64,000 nt of DNA from Octopus vulgaris (GCA_951406725.2 OX597832.1:14942001-15006000), one strand, 5' to 3'. Shown: positions 40,392 through 55,044, numbered from the stretch's first letter. A program made the numbers and translations. Notes: a model not told the origin generated them from the sequence alone.

Positions 40392-43065
40392 GCGTACACG
40401 CATATGTGTGGACGTGAACAATATATTTTAATACAAGTTGTGAGTAGAAACGAAAAATGTCTCAGTTCATAGTATGTGAATCCAATTATAATGCTATTGG
40501 ATAAGATAAATGTAATTTCTTCCTGTTCCATATGTTCTATGAAATACTTGCCGTTCATATATCATGCACATATTTAGATATCAATTTCATTCGATAACAT
40601 CTGAACATTTCAAATCGTGTTTAACTTTTTTATTGATAGCATAGTTTAAGTATTTACTGGCTTACATAATTTTATGCCTTTTTGTTTTATATCGTACGAA
40701 CTTTAGCATATGCTCAAACATGCGCAAATATTCACCGAGGATCAGTCACATGCAAGCGCCCGCGGATACAAATATACAAATATACACACACGTACATACA
40801 AACATACAAACACACGCACACATGCCAACTCATACACACGCATATACACAAATATAAATATAAAGATATATATTCACGCATATATATATGTGTGTGCGTG
40901 TATGCGTATACACCTATTACTAGATATATCCTTATGTATTTGTACTTTTATATACATACATACATACATACATATGTATGTGTGTGCGTGTGTGTATGTA
41001 TGTGCATCTTTATATGTTTGTACGTATGTTTTAAAAAAATGCATGCATGCATAATTGCCTTCATTTTGTACACAGTTTTACATAATTGCAATATTGCATC
41101 TTTTGCAACTCCATCCATTCTCTACAAATGCATGCATTCATCTGCGGCGTTCAGTGTAATTTAATTGAGTAGAGCGTGTAGTGTTTTCCAAATGAGCAAT
41201 GTTACCTCCGAGAAGAAAATAAAAAAAACAAAAAAAAAACAGAACAAGAACACCAACAGATTTACTTGAAGCAGTGCATGACAAAAATATTTTTTAAATG
41301 TCGTCAGTTAATGATTTTCTACTCGGTCACGTCATTCAGCTATATGTTTACTAGTCCTTGCACAAATATCGATAAAGAATGTGTTCCTGTGAAATCTGTT
41401 TGACCTAATGATTTACAAATATAAAATAACAAATAAGAGCTACAGAGGAAATGAATAACGTAAAGGAACAGAGAATCATCTCAAATTAACTATTTAAATT
41501 AAAACACGTCTACTAAATATTATTTTCTGTCTTTCTTTTTAATGTTGTTCTAATCTAATGAACCGTTCGAGATTTAGAATATATTCGTTATATCTCAAGT
41601 GGACAATCGATCTATTTTGTTAGGCATTCGCTACAACATGGTGACGCTGCTGTTTCTTTGCACGTAGTTTGAAAAGCGCTATTTTATTCATGGTAAATGG
41701 AATGTTTATAAGATTACTAAAAAAGAATCAATTTCAATTTTCCCTATTTGTGTGTGTGGTTATATAATTAACCCTCAAGGCACTGCTGCCAATCTTATTT
41801 AATGCATTCATTTCACACCGTTTCTATCTGAAATCACGCAACGAGAATATTTTTATTTTCCCTCATATTCCACATGATTGCCTCTCATTTAATTTTCTCT
41901 TCTATTCTCTCCCCATTCTTTCTCCACTTCCTCATCCCAATTCTGCCTTTCTTTTCTTTTCCACGTCCTTCTCTTCGCCAATTTTTCTCATTGTATTCTT
42001 GTAATGTTCGGTTTTCCTCCATCACTTCTTTCTATGCTTTAACTTCCTTCTTTTTTTCTAACATTTTTGTCAAACTTTATTTTGAGTAATTTTTTTCTCC
42101 TTCATAAATAATACATGGAAACAGAGGCAATAACCCTAAATGTGAGTGACACTCATTACTCCTTTCTTTATTTCGTTTCCCTGTTTGCATTTTGTGATCA
42201 AATCTCAATGGTATTTTGCTTTTTATATCTTAATTTATAGCAAGAAAAGTAGATGAAATAAATACCTCACCATTATATACTAGAATTGTTTCAGCCTAGA
42301 ATACACATATAGTGCCTCATAATTTCAAATATCTCAGAGATTTATGAATCCTTTTTCTAATGCACATGAAGTTACAATGGACCAGCGGAGTACACATTAA
42401 AACTTTAATATAAATTTACGGGTCCTTCCTATACGATTTCACATCCAGCAGGGCTCCATTTCTCTATTATATCAATTTAGTGCCCCCATAAAACGGATAT
42501 GTAATTGCATCGATTCAATAAGCAGCATCAATTTCTCCTGCTATATTGCCTCATAAACATTTGAAAAGTATTTAATTTGTAGGTTGGTGGCAACGTGCCA
42601 GAAATTCTGTTTTGTTTCCAGCTTTCCTCAACCAATTAAATGGTCGAAATTATAGTTCATCCTACGCATAACTATTAATATAGAAATACTTCCATGAATG
42701 GTTTGTTTTGTTTCATCCTAATACAAAAGTTCAAAAATTCTATTTTGTGTAAACGTTTTTTGTTGCTGTTTACACCGAATACGTACTGATCGAGCAGACA
42801 AAATGATCAAAGAAATACCACCCAGAACTCTAGTGCTACTCATTTTCAAAATACCACAAAACATTAGGAAAAGTGGTCATAAAAAAGAGAATGTGTGTGT
42901 ATTGTGGAATAATAAAATATTTTTAGCCATCAAGCGACACCGAACAGTCTATGACCTTCCCCTAAAAGTTTTCTTGAAAAATTGAATAGATACCTAAAAG
43001 ATTTGTTGAAGAGAGATATATAAACTCACAGAAATGTTTGCTTCTAGACTCTCACAAGATAGTAA

Positions 43066-43108
<43 letters not shown>

Positions 43109-43148
43109 AGAGAGAGAGAGAGAGAGAGATATAATTTAACATTAATAT

Positions 43149-43228
<80 letters not shown>

Positions 43229-43233
43229 TATAC

Positions 43234-43292
<59 letters not shown>

Positions 43293-44864
43293 TATATAAG
43301 ATAGACAGATAGATAGATAGAGGAAAAAGTCAAAAGACTTTGCTAGCTACATATGTGTTGCCTCGTGTCAGTATGCGTGAGTTATAGTAAATATCTATAA
43401 TTAATTAATTTTGCCAAAAATTGTAGGTAATAACATTAAATTGATATTCGCCGTATGGTTCCTAAAGCCCCATACAGTTTAATACTTTTGCATGATAACC
43501 TGAAACTACAATGCTTATGATAAAATTATCTGCAAATATATAACTCCTAAAGATATTTTATTGATTTATGATAATAGACAACTAAGTTAACGATTTATAA
43601 CAGTCAACAAATTCACAAGGGAAGCTAAAGATTTAAGATATTTTCATCCCGCTTACATGTTCTGCAAACCACATGTTGTTCGATAGATATAACGACGTAA
43701 ATACATTTACCTACATAATTGTTAAAAATGAGTAGACGTTAGATGAAATGAATAAAATACAGACGGGAAGAAGGGAAATAAATAAAGGAGGTGAATGGGG
43801 AAGGGCATTAACAAACGACTTCTTTCTAAATTACTTTCGTGTCGTTAATTTAACCAAGAAGAATTGGTAGCATTAATCTATTTGTGACATGTGTATGGAC
43901 CTTTGAAAGCGAGTATGAATATTGTAACATCTGCTCCTTGTTTTTTTATTTATTTTTATTTCCTAAATACCTACCCAGAATCTTGTTTAACATTCCAAAT
44001 TACAGAATGAATTTTAACACCTGAAAAAGTTTCTAACTATACATCCATTCTATTTATACTGACGTCAAATTAATTACTTTTTATCCCAAGGCAAAAGTAA
44101 TTAGTTCAGATAATCCATGAAACTTGTTTCACGAGATAAATGTTCAAACACTGCCTTATATTCATTTCCATACCCAGTGATACAACTTAGAAATAAACAT
44201 GTAAACCAGACAACACTTCGCTGGTTTGTATTCGACAAATCAAGATTTATGTTTGCCTTATGTGGATTTTAATGACAATTTGTTTGAAACTGCCATGCAC
44301 ACACTATATTCATTTAATGCTAACTTCGTAGATGTGTCTGCAACATTTATAAATGTTATATATCTCAATGCTTATGAATTTAAACATCTAGGTAAGCATA
44401 ACTGAAACTCAAGTCTATTATATTACCTAAATACCTGTGTGTCGTAGAATATGAATTTGAAAGAAACACATAAACAAACGTCACATGTAGAAGCACCGCG
44501 ACAAATAGTACACATAATATGTTAAACTATGAATATATTGATGTTGAAATATAAAGCTTACCAAAGAATAACGTGATGCTTCGGTTTTCCGAAATAAGTA
44601 ATTAGTGTTCGATGTATAGTTCGATATAATATCCACGAAGTTAATATATCGGAACCTACATTGATGGAACTATAACAGCGAATATATGCACTTCGACGCA
44701 GTAATTGTTCTATTCATCCACAACCCTCCGAATTTACATTATGCATTTATATAGAAGGAACATATGACTCAGATTCATATGAAATTAAACATGAAGATAA
44801 GCATAGATGGGACTTTATTCTATTAAAGAAAGAGAAAGTATCTCAGAGGAGTTGGAAGAGATGT

Positions 44865-45009
<145 letters not shown>

Positions 45010-45199
45010 TTATAATTTTTATATTTTATATTTTTTACGTTTATATATTTTATATTCTATATTTTTTGGGTATGTGGTTTAAGCACCTTGTTGCTTATAA
45101 CCCTTTATTATAATTATATATGATTTTTACCGATTGTGGTCATTTCCATACCGAAAAACTACTAGGTGAAATTTATTAATTTTATTAAATTAATTATTT

Positions 45200-45508
45200 T
45201 ACGACGACGAGGTTACCATCTGATGCGATCACCAGAAAAGCTTGCTCGTGAAATTAGCATCCATGTGGCTGAGCATTACACAGACACGTGTAACTTTAAC
45301 GTTGTTCGCAGGGAGATTCAGTGTGACGCAGGGTGTGATAAGGCTGGCCTTTCGAAATACATGTCCAGTTCGTTTTTGCTAGCTGAGTGCACTGGAGAAA
45401 CGTGAAAAAAATTGTCTTGCTCAAAGGCACAGCGTGCTGCCGGGAATTGAACTCATGACCTTACGATCGTGAACACAATGCCCCAATCACGAAGCCCGCC
45501 CCTTCACA
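45200..45508 (-). mobile_element. SINE family C (tRNA head, CCTTTGAGCAAGAC block)
   Basis: Minus-strand head GTGAAGGGGCGGGCTTCGTGATTGG...GAGTTCAATTCCCGG. Its 3' part matches 50085-50260. Confidence 0.8.
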
Positions 45509-45517
45509 CACATATAT

Positions 45518-45749
45518 ATTTCTTTATTGCCCACAAGGGGCTAAATATAGAGGGGACAAATAAGGACAGACAAAGGGATTAAGTCGATTACGACGACCCC
45601 AGTGCGAAACTGGTGCTTTATTTATCGACCCCGAAAGGATGAAAGGCAAAGTCGACCTCGGCGGAATTTGAACTCAGAACGTAGCGGCAGACGAAATAAC
45701 GCTAAGCATTTCACCCGACGTGCTAACGATTCTGCCAGCTCGCCGCCTT
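45518..45749 (-). mobile_element. Full-length SINE family A with 16-bp TSD
   Basis: Head GGCGGCGAGCTGGCAGAATCGTTAGC, B-box GAGTTCAAATTCC, and a central block resembling the Nin/Deu SINE domain. TSD CTTCACACACATATAT at 45502-45517 and 45750-45765. Confidence 0.92.
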
Positions 45750-47422
45750 CTTCACACACATATATGTAGGCAAGTATATATGTAGAGTGGGGAGAAAGAG
45801 AGATGGAGACAGGTGGAGGGAGAGTGAGAGAGAGAGTATGTATATCTGGCATGCCACTTCGTAAGATTGAATATGTGCGAAACTTTTGTTTTCATTTTCT
45901 GAACTGTTCCAAAATAGATTTATGTAATTTTATTTCAAGTTTGTATACGATATTAATTGAGAATACGTTTCATAATCTACCGTAAACATAAATTAATTTG
46001 TTAAAAGTTATACTATAATTAATGTTTATCTGCTATTTTTCTTGAAATTACTAATGGTGTTAAAAGTATTCATTCAAAATCATCCATTATATGACGAGTA
46101 ACATTAACGTACTTAGTTCTATCGTAGTAAAAAGTAAAAATCATTAAAGTTTATGAGCTTTGAATGTAAAATAAACAGTGGTACATCTATGTATTTTGAC
46201 AAAATAAGCATTATAGCAACTAGCAAAACCAAAAGTGTAAAATGTCAAGAGATGAAATAGAATAGTTTGATAAAGATTCAGTGACGAATCTGGCAGAGGT
46301 TGGAAAGTATAATTACAAGAACGGTGAGAAAACTTATATTAGGAGGGGAATAAATGAAAAGACGGTAAATTTTTAACTAACATATTCATACACTCATAAA
46401 TGAATTCATATGCATGTAGATATGTAGATACTTATATATGTTTGTGTGCGGGTGAGTGTATTTATATCTATGTGCCTTAGTGTCTGTGTGTGTGTGTGTA
46501 CGTCTTTGTGTGCGCGCGTATGTCTGAATAGTGTTGTCTGAAGTGTATATTTGTTACAACAGACTATACTAATCAGTACATAAATATATATTCCGAAAAA
46601 GACAGAAATTCTATGTTGGAGATATTAAATGGCGAGACTTGGAAATCGAATAAAACAGAGAATTAGAAGGAGAGGATATAAACTGTAATTAAATTAAATT
46701 GACTATCAAATTTGTTTCACTAGGTATTTTGTAATGGCATTAGCGATAAAAAATGTATGTAATTTATCTAACGTATATATATAGATACTGTTATACCTCA
46801 ACTTAATTATAGCGTATTTATGTGCGTATTTGTTGTTACATATGTATGTATGCATCCAGCTAGGTAAATACGTATATCGGTATATGAGATTCCGCATATG
46901 TATTTGAGAAAGACTTGTAAGTTTGTATACAGCTTAAAATTTCACACCTACACCTATATGTAGTTATATATAAATATTGATTAAGCATAATACCTTTTAC
47001 TTTATGATATTCCGTACAGTAAACCAACCCAAACTTTCGAGATATCCTCTCTAAATCTCCGCCAATATCTCCCTTATGTTCTCCATAAATAGATGGATTT
47101 GCGTTAGTTTGTTCCTGTGTACATCTCTACGTGTGTGTCTGCCACTGTGTGTGCGGCGGTACGTTTATGAGACTGTGTTTGTGTTCGCTAACCATTAACA
47201 GCCCTTGACAGTTTAAACATGAATCCGGATTGCTTTATGAATGTGCAGTTTCGTAATTAAGGTAATGTGAATGGGTAATCGCAGTGATGTATAATGGATG
47301 GGGTTAAATATCCAGTGGTAATTATACATACATACGTACACACAAACATATGTACATACGTATGAATATTTGAATATATACATAAATATATATATAAACA
47401 CATAGGCATATATGTGTATATG

Positions 47423-47536
<114 letters not shown>

Positions 47537-48161
47537 GCTTTTACGAATGTAATACACTGCTGATTAATAAATTTATGTATTCGCTATAATTGAAAATACT
47601 CTAAAAGCTACTATAATTACATTCATTTCCAATGGAACTAAACCGACCTTTATCACTAACACAAACATTTGCTGAAATAGCATGAGAGGTTGATGCGATT
47701 TGTGAGGAATGTAATGCTTAATGTGCTAACCAGGCACACAAGTCAGGTATGAATATACATAAATCATTACAATTACGTGCGCAAACATTTCCTTATGTTG
47801 GCATTGATGGCATTTCAATTCTGCATATATTTCTCTCATACTGCTTCGATTGTACCTCTTCTACACTCGTACACGCATAAAATCACACACGCATGTACAC
47901 ACATACACACACGTATACCCACACGCGGAGTCCAGAATGTACATGGAAGAAGCCTGCGCTCTGGTCGCTTGTTTTTAGTTTCAATCTTACTGCGCGGAAT
48001 CTTCAGCACGTGTCTATTAATACTGTTCGCCGGCGGTTCTTTTGTAAGTAAAATTTGTAGTGTCATATATACATACATACATGTATATATATATGTGTGT
48101 GTGTGAGTGTGTCTATATATATATGTATAGATATATATATATACATATATATATATATATC

Positions 48162-48216
<55 letters not shown>

Positions 48217-48516
48217 CTGTATATGCATATATACGTATATATATTCATATATATATATATGGAGGCGACGGTTATCTGTTTAATTCTGCCGGGTATGTTG
48301 GTTTTGTTCATTTTTGATATGTTTTTAATTCGTTCCACTGATAAACAAAAGACGTAGATAATGCGTTAATTGCGAAATCACAGGTGATCTGGAACTAGAT
48401 TCTGCTTTTATATGACTTGCTTCGAGAGCTGCATTGGGTACGATTCGTTTATTTTGGGTAATAATGACTGTGAAAGTCCCTCCTAGCGTGTGGAATTTAT
48501 GTGTAATAATGCCCTC

Positions 48517-48554
<38 letters not shown>

Positions 48555-48604
48555 TATATGCATATATATAGAGATAGATAGATAGATGAATAGATATGCA
48601 CCAC

Positions 48605-49085
48605 ATATCAATGAAACATGTCAGCTACTGGGAAATACTTAAAGAATTATAGCACTTCTCCCTGATACGAAGGCGGGAGAGATATGCCGTGATATACATC
48701 TGAAAAATAGTAGAAGGTCTTGTACCAAACTATAGCAGTACCACTGCAATACGCCAAAAATCTCAGCTTCGTCATCAAAATAGAGGACCAGATATTAAAC
48801 AGCTTGGAAGTCAAGGGCCCACAGCTCTCTAATATCCTTCCAAAATTCATGAGAGACCTACATGGTGTGCGTATAAGTGTCTTTCAAACAAATGAGCATC
48901 TCTTCCTGAGACGGGATCCAGGCGAGCCTACCTCCCGTCACCAAATACAGATGAAGGCCGCAGTATCAAACCCACCCATTGACTAAAGGCCACATATCAG
49001 AGGACCTCCCAAATAACCGTGTAGCTCAGTCAACAGTGTTGCTCGAGCATGAGAGAAGCTTTGCAGCTGAAACATTTTAGAATAG
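48605..49085 (+). mobile_element. CR1/L2-group LINE 3' end (ORF2 C-terminus and 3'UTR)
   Basis: MKHVSYWEILKEL*HFSLIRRRERYAVIYI*KIVEGLVPN...KGPQLSNILPKFMRDLHG...FLRRDPGEP...AAVSN; 3' stem AGCT-TTGC-AGCTGAAAC. Confidence 0.85.
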
Positions 49086-49115
49086 TTAACATAAAATTGT
49101 TATATACACACACAA

Positions 49116-49200
<85 letters not shown>

Positions 49201-49204
<4 letters not shown>

Positions 49205-49300
49205 TCATAATTAAGGGCAAACCAAAAAATTTCTAATGCCAGATATGCCGAAAAATTGGACATATTGAAAATTTTTTCGTTTACCCTTAATTATGAACTG
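49201..49300. mobile_element. 100-bp MITE with ~22-bp TIRs next to (TA)n
   Basis: CAATTCATAATTAAGGGCAAAC ... GTTTACCCTTAATTATGAACTG; Tc1/mariner-like termini. Confidence 0.7.
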
Positions 49301-49412
49301 TTTATACATTTAACCTTTAAATGTTTTTTTGATATGCTGGCCATTGATAAAAATTTTTGGGGAAAATAATATTTTTTTCGAAAAAAATGTTATCCTACAT
49401 TGGATATACATA

Positions 49413-49446
<34 letters not shown>

Positions 49447-49826
49447 ACATTCTGATGTCAGAATTTTTTGTAAACTGGTTAGAATTACTCGAAGAGGTCC
49501 ATTAATATACTGTTAGAACACTTGTCATGTCTACTGGATATTTGGTTTCGCGTCTCAGTGACTGCTTTGAACTATTCTCACGAAATTGGGTTTGCAGTCC
49601 TATATTTACCTTCTATGATATTTAGCTACACATGGTATTCTAAAAACTCTTCGAAAAAGAACTGTATACATATAATTATATATAAATTCATATGTGTGCG
49701 TGTGTGGGTGTAAATATTCGTATAAACATGTATGTGGATGCGTATTTATATATGGCATATAGAATAATATACGTGTACATATAAGTATATATATGTGTGT
49801 GTCTGTGTGTATATACACACACACAC

Positions 49827-49990
49827 GCCAGGTACAGTAGTTTGTGTGCTAAGAATCTTGCTTTCCGACCGCATTGTCCCGAGTTCCATCCCACTGAGTG
49901 GCACCATGTGTACCTCCTACTATAGACTCGGGCCGACCGAAGCCTTTTGAGGATTTGTTAAATGAAAACTGAAAGAATCCCGTCGTACGT
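49827..49990 (+). mobile_element. SINE family B 5' half
   Basis: Diverged head and body up to GAAAACTGAAAGAATCCCGTCGTA, then (TA)n. Confidence 0.75.
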
Positions 49991-50010
49991 ATATATACAT
50001 ACATAATACA

Positions 50011-50084
<74 letters not shown>

Positions 50085-50087
<3 letters not shown>

Positions 50088-50260
50088 AGTACTCTTCCCG
50101 TTACAACGACGAGTGTTCCAGCTGATGATAAGATCGACGGAACAGCATGCTCGTGAAAATAACATGGTTGAGAATACTGCAGACGCGTGTACACTTATTG
50201 CAGTTCAGGGAGAGACTCAGCGTGACACAGTCTGACAAAGCCGGCCCTTCGATGTACAGA
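50085..50260 (-). mobile_element. SINE family C 3' portion
   Basis: Matches 45200-45360 (ACGACGAG...GCTCGTGAAA...CAGCGTGACAC...GGCCCTTCG). Confidence 0.7.
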
Positions 50261-50302
50261 GGATGAGGATGATGATGATGATGATAATAATAATAATAAT
50301 AC

Positions 50303-50437
<135 letters not shown>

Positions 50438-50462
50438 GAAGAAGAAGAACAACAACAACAAC

Positions 50463-50530
<68 letters not shown>

Positions 50531-50540
50531 TAATAATAAG

Positions 50541-50945
50541 ACTATTAGACAATCAACACTAGTAATCAACAAGAAGATAGGATATAGAATGCACAACCCA
50601 ATATCTGGCATGGAAATCTTATATATGCAAAGTATCAAAGTTGTAGAGACGATATACAGCAAGAAAAGTATTGCAAAACCTAGGGATGTTCGAATAACTT
50701 AGGAAGACATACACAAGTTTGTATAATACAGTCTGCTAAAAGACGAAATTGCAAGAATGTGAACTCTGATAAAAGTGACTGTCATCCTTGTAGTTGGAGG
50801 GGCACTCGAAGCACTAACAAACAAGTTCGAGGAATATTGAAAAGAAATTGGAATTCACATCCAACTAGTGGATGCCTCAAAAAACTGATCTGCACGGGAT
50901 AGGTAGGATTTAGAGACTGCTACGTCTATGTTGAATATCTTCAGG
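50541..50945 (+). mobile_element. R4/Dong-type non-LTR element C-terminal (restriction-like endonuclease) relic
   Basis: IAKPRDVRIT*EDIHKFV*YSLLKDEIARM*TLIKVTVILVVGGALEAL resembles the RLE end KY..LK.EI.R.W...V.P.V.GALG. Preceded by (AAT)n. Confidence 0.75.
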
Positions 50946-50969
50946 GAAGTAAAGTAACAACAAGACAAC

Positions 50970-51408
50970 GTAGAAGTAGAAGAAGAAAGAAGAAGAAAGA
51001 AGAAGAAGAAGAAGAAGAAGAAGAAGAAGAAGAAGAAAAAGGAGAAGAAGAAGAAGAAGAAGAAAAAGGAGAAGAGGAAGAAGTAGAAGAAAAAGGAGAA
51101 GAAGAAGAAGAAGAAGAAGAAGAAGAAGAAAAAGGAGAAGAAGAAGAAGAAGAAGAAAAAGGAGAAGAGGAAGAAGTAGAAGAAAAAGGAGAAGAGGAAG
51201 AAGTAGAAGTAGGAGAAGAAGAAGTAGAATAGGAAGTAGAAGAAGAAGAAGAGGAAGTAAAAGAAGAAGAAGACTAAAAAGAAGAAGAAGACTAAAAAGA
51301 AGAAGAAAAAGAAAAAGAAGAAGAAGAAGAAGAAGAAGAAGAAGACATCGAGAAAGAAGAAGAAGAAGAAGAAATCGAGAAAGAAGAAAGAGAAGAAAAG
51401 GAGAAAAA
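50970..51408 (+). repeat. ~440-bp degenerate (GAA)n polypurine tract with higher-order units
   Basis: Directly visible; recurring AAAAAGGAGAAGAGGAAGAAGTAG and AAATCGAGAAAG variants. Confidence 0.95.
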
Positions 51409-51828
51409 TACACAATGGAAATTTGAGTTAAATGAAGTTCAATCAGTAAAACGATACTGCTTTTAATTGAATTCTGACGTTTCCACGCAGTTTTTCTTTA
51501 CATATTTCTGCATGTCTACCCAGGAATTTAGTTTGTATTAAATGCATTGATCACGACCACGTATTCTCTGGCATATCTTGGTGTTGAAGATTTGATCTTT
51601 ATATCTTACAGGAAGTTAGATGTTCTCTGGCATATTTCCCCCATTCACAATTCGAACAAACAGCCTCTGTCACTCTCTTTCTGGTTCTCACCTCTTTCCG
51701 CATGTAATACATATACATGCATATACCCCCCACATATATATATATATATATATATATATACACGTATATATATATATATATACATTCATACATGCATATA
51801 TACATATATGTAGATACACACGTATATA

Positions 51829-51952
<124 letters not shown>

Positions 51953-53599
51953 ATATATATATACAGAGAGAGAGAGATGCACACAGATATATGATTTGGT
52001 ATATATATATAGGTGTGTTTGCGTTAATGCATGTGTGAGTTTGAGTAGCTGTAACGTTACCTGAAACCATTACAATATGACGACAAAGAACAGGTGAATT
52101 GGTAGGAAACATGGAACGGTTATTATTGTACATAAATATACGTGAATAAACAGAAGAATAGAATACTGATAATAGGTACTGTATTTCATATGGTGCTTTT
52201 CATAACCCTGCCATTTATTTTCAATTGACTGTTTACCAAATAGTAACATCTTCTCAATGAACACGTAACGCAGAATAACACACTTCATCATATTTCATTT
52301 CAATATTCTATCGTATTCTCTCTGTCAGTACACATATTCCAACAAAATGTCGCTTCACGTAATTCATTGAATAACATGGATGTATTTATTTACCATAATA
52401 CATGTATTTTCAAGAATTAACGGCGTCTCGGTAGTAATTTTAATTTTAATTTCAATTGAAAAAAAAAACAACTTTTAATGTAAAATATATAAGTTAGAAA
52501 CTGTTTAAAAATGTAATTACGTCAATACAAATAGCATTCGTTGTAATTATATTTGCGTTTGCATAATGCAACATATATGATTGGTAAATATTGAATATGT
52601 ATTCAGACTTATGTTGCCAATCAATGCTGATGCATACAAAGCATTTTTGATATCCTTAGAAATTTGCTTACTTTTATTTCTGATTTAATAATATATATTT
52701 GAATTGTAAAAAAATATACAAGATTTTTTTTTTAGAAGCAAAATAAATTGACCACCTGAAATACATATATAATCTTAATTAAGTTTCAATGAATGCCTCG
52801 CATTATAGACAGACTGTCAATATATTTACGAAATATTTCATATAGAAAGCCAAATATCAGTCTTTAAATTTATGTACAATTTAATGTAATTTGGTCTCAA
52901 AAGAGAAGAAAGGAAGTACTTTTTTCATGTCTATATTGAAATGTTTTTCTTTCATTTCTTTATGTATTTATCTCTCACAGTATCCATCTTTTTGTCTATT
53001 AATATTAAGGTCTGCTTTTACATTTATAAATGTGGGCACATGTTTGTGTAACAACTGATGTTTATATATATGTGTGTGTGTGTGTGCGTGTGTGTGTGTG
53101 TGTGTGTGTGCGTGTGTGTGTGTGTGTGCGTGTGTGTATGTGTGTGTATTTATGTATACATGTATGTGTCTATACCAACAAATTCGTATTAGTCCAAAGC
53201 ATAAGAATTTATATATCGATTACTTAGTGACGCTTCCATATTGCGAACAAACGGATGTTACTTTCATTCAGCCAGTAAAGTAAAATCATGGTTTTAGTAT
53301 ATATTAAACATATGGAATATAAGTGTGTTTCTACAAATGTTACCCCAGAGTGCGCCCTTGTAGATAAAAATCTTCATGTTAAAAGTTTTAAAATTTAAAA
53401 GACACAGATTTAATGTCTGATGATCACGTCTTACTTAAACACGGACACATGCCATAAATATTTGAAATGAGTACGTGTGTGTGCGTGTAAGTGCGTGAGA
53501 ATATATCAGTGTGATGGAGTCTCCCGTTGAGCGACCAGCAAAAAGGTTTTGTTTGTAGTCATAAAATATGTTTGCTTTCTACCTGCATCGAATCGGCGA

Positions 53600-53770
53600 T
53601 GAGTGATCCGTTTCAGGGTGTTCCACAAGTCAGTTGTGAAAGTGATCGCAGATCAACGTGAGGTGAAATGCTTTGCTCAAGAACACAACTTACCACCCAC
53701 TCTAAGAACTGAAACCACGATCGCGTAGTCGTGAGTGAAACGCCTAAAACTCTAGGCCCTGTAAACACAC
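53600..53770 (-). mobile_element. Diverged tRNA-headed SINE related to family C
   Basis: Minus-strand CACGACTACGCGATCGTGGTTTCAGTTC head and GTGTTCTTGAGCAAAGCA block. Confidence 0.55.
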
Positions 53771-54439
53771 ACAGAATATGGCAACACAACCGATCGATGA
53801 ATTTACGAGTCATTTACTTGCAGCGTTATTCATATTTGGAACTTACTTGCTTGACCGAATCACGCTTGTCGCTTAATGTATTTCTAAAGCCATGGCTTTA
53901 TCTTTATCAGCAACACTTACGTTCGGATAGAGATTCACTTACACTCTAGCACAAGCTGTTGTTTATATTATAGTTTGGTCACAGCTCACTTGAACTTTGT
54001 GAGAAGGCCAAAATTCAAAACTCCATACACGATTTTTAGCATGCCCCTACTTACCCCGCTCTAGGATAAGGCGAGAATTCTGTTTTTCTCCACATTATAC
54101 TTAATTCTGTTCGAAAACGAAGTTTATTGAATGCAATGGGATTAATTATTTTTTCCTTATTTTTCGATAAATAATGCTGTCAAGATGCGATGACTTTTGG
54201 TTATAATTACGTTGCAAACGGTAAAATTGAAATTCAACGCTTCTAAATTGTAAGAATGGTGCTGCTGCACAAGCCTGAATCTCTTTGACTCCTTTGGGCT
54301 GGTGCTATGGTTTAGATTCCACCTTCAAAACACGCGTGAGACTTGATTTGACTGTTCTTTGTGAAGTTAATATTTTGTAGATTCATCAACCCGAAAAAAA
54401 AAATTAGAACATAATATCATATAAGCAGAAAAACATATA

Positions 54440-54768
54440 TGTAGGGTAGGTGTGGTATCAAGGAAGAGTGAAGATTGGGTAAGGGTGAAGAGAGGAAGTA
54501 GGTGTGAGAATAAGAGAGGAGAGGTGGGGAGTCAGATGAAGTGAGGAGGAACGATGAGATATGTGGCGCAAAGAAAGGGAAGATAGGAGTATTGCTCACG
54601 GGGAGGGGGGAATCCGGATGGCCACTATGCAATGACAGTCCGGATACAGAAGTGGTTTTGTAGTAAATGACCAGTATAATGGAAATGGTGCGAGACCGGG
54701 GTGCCATTGCCTAGTCTGATGTCTTGGAGTTGCCCCAAGAAGGGATCAGCTCAGTGTCATCCCGTTAC
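54440..54768 (-). mobile_element. Second Penelope-like element (Neptune-like) GIY-YIG endonuclease fragment with pyrimidine-rich 3' region
   Basis: [31 protein letters not shown] then frameshifted SVSGLSLHSGHPDS; matches the GxTxRxLxxRFxEHLxDI...PVxxHF...H pattern. Confidence 0.75.
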
Positions 54769-54861
54769 ACACACATACACACACATATTTATATATATAT
54801 AACTGTATATAAATGCAAGTACGTATATAAATGTATATATACATACACACACATATATGTG

Positions 54862-54953
<92 letters not shown>

Positions 54954-54975
54954 GTATATGGATGCATGTATGTAA

Positions 54976-55044
<69 letters not shown>

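Noticed and set aside
47915-48060. CpG-richer patch ending in a gtaagt donor-like site
   Set aside because: Too short for a CpG island, with no promoter or homology evidence; may be TE debris.
50118-50160. CTGATGA...GAAA hammerhead-like words
   Set aside because: No pairing stems flank the motifs, and the sequence is a variant of the SINE C body.
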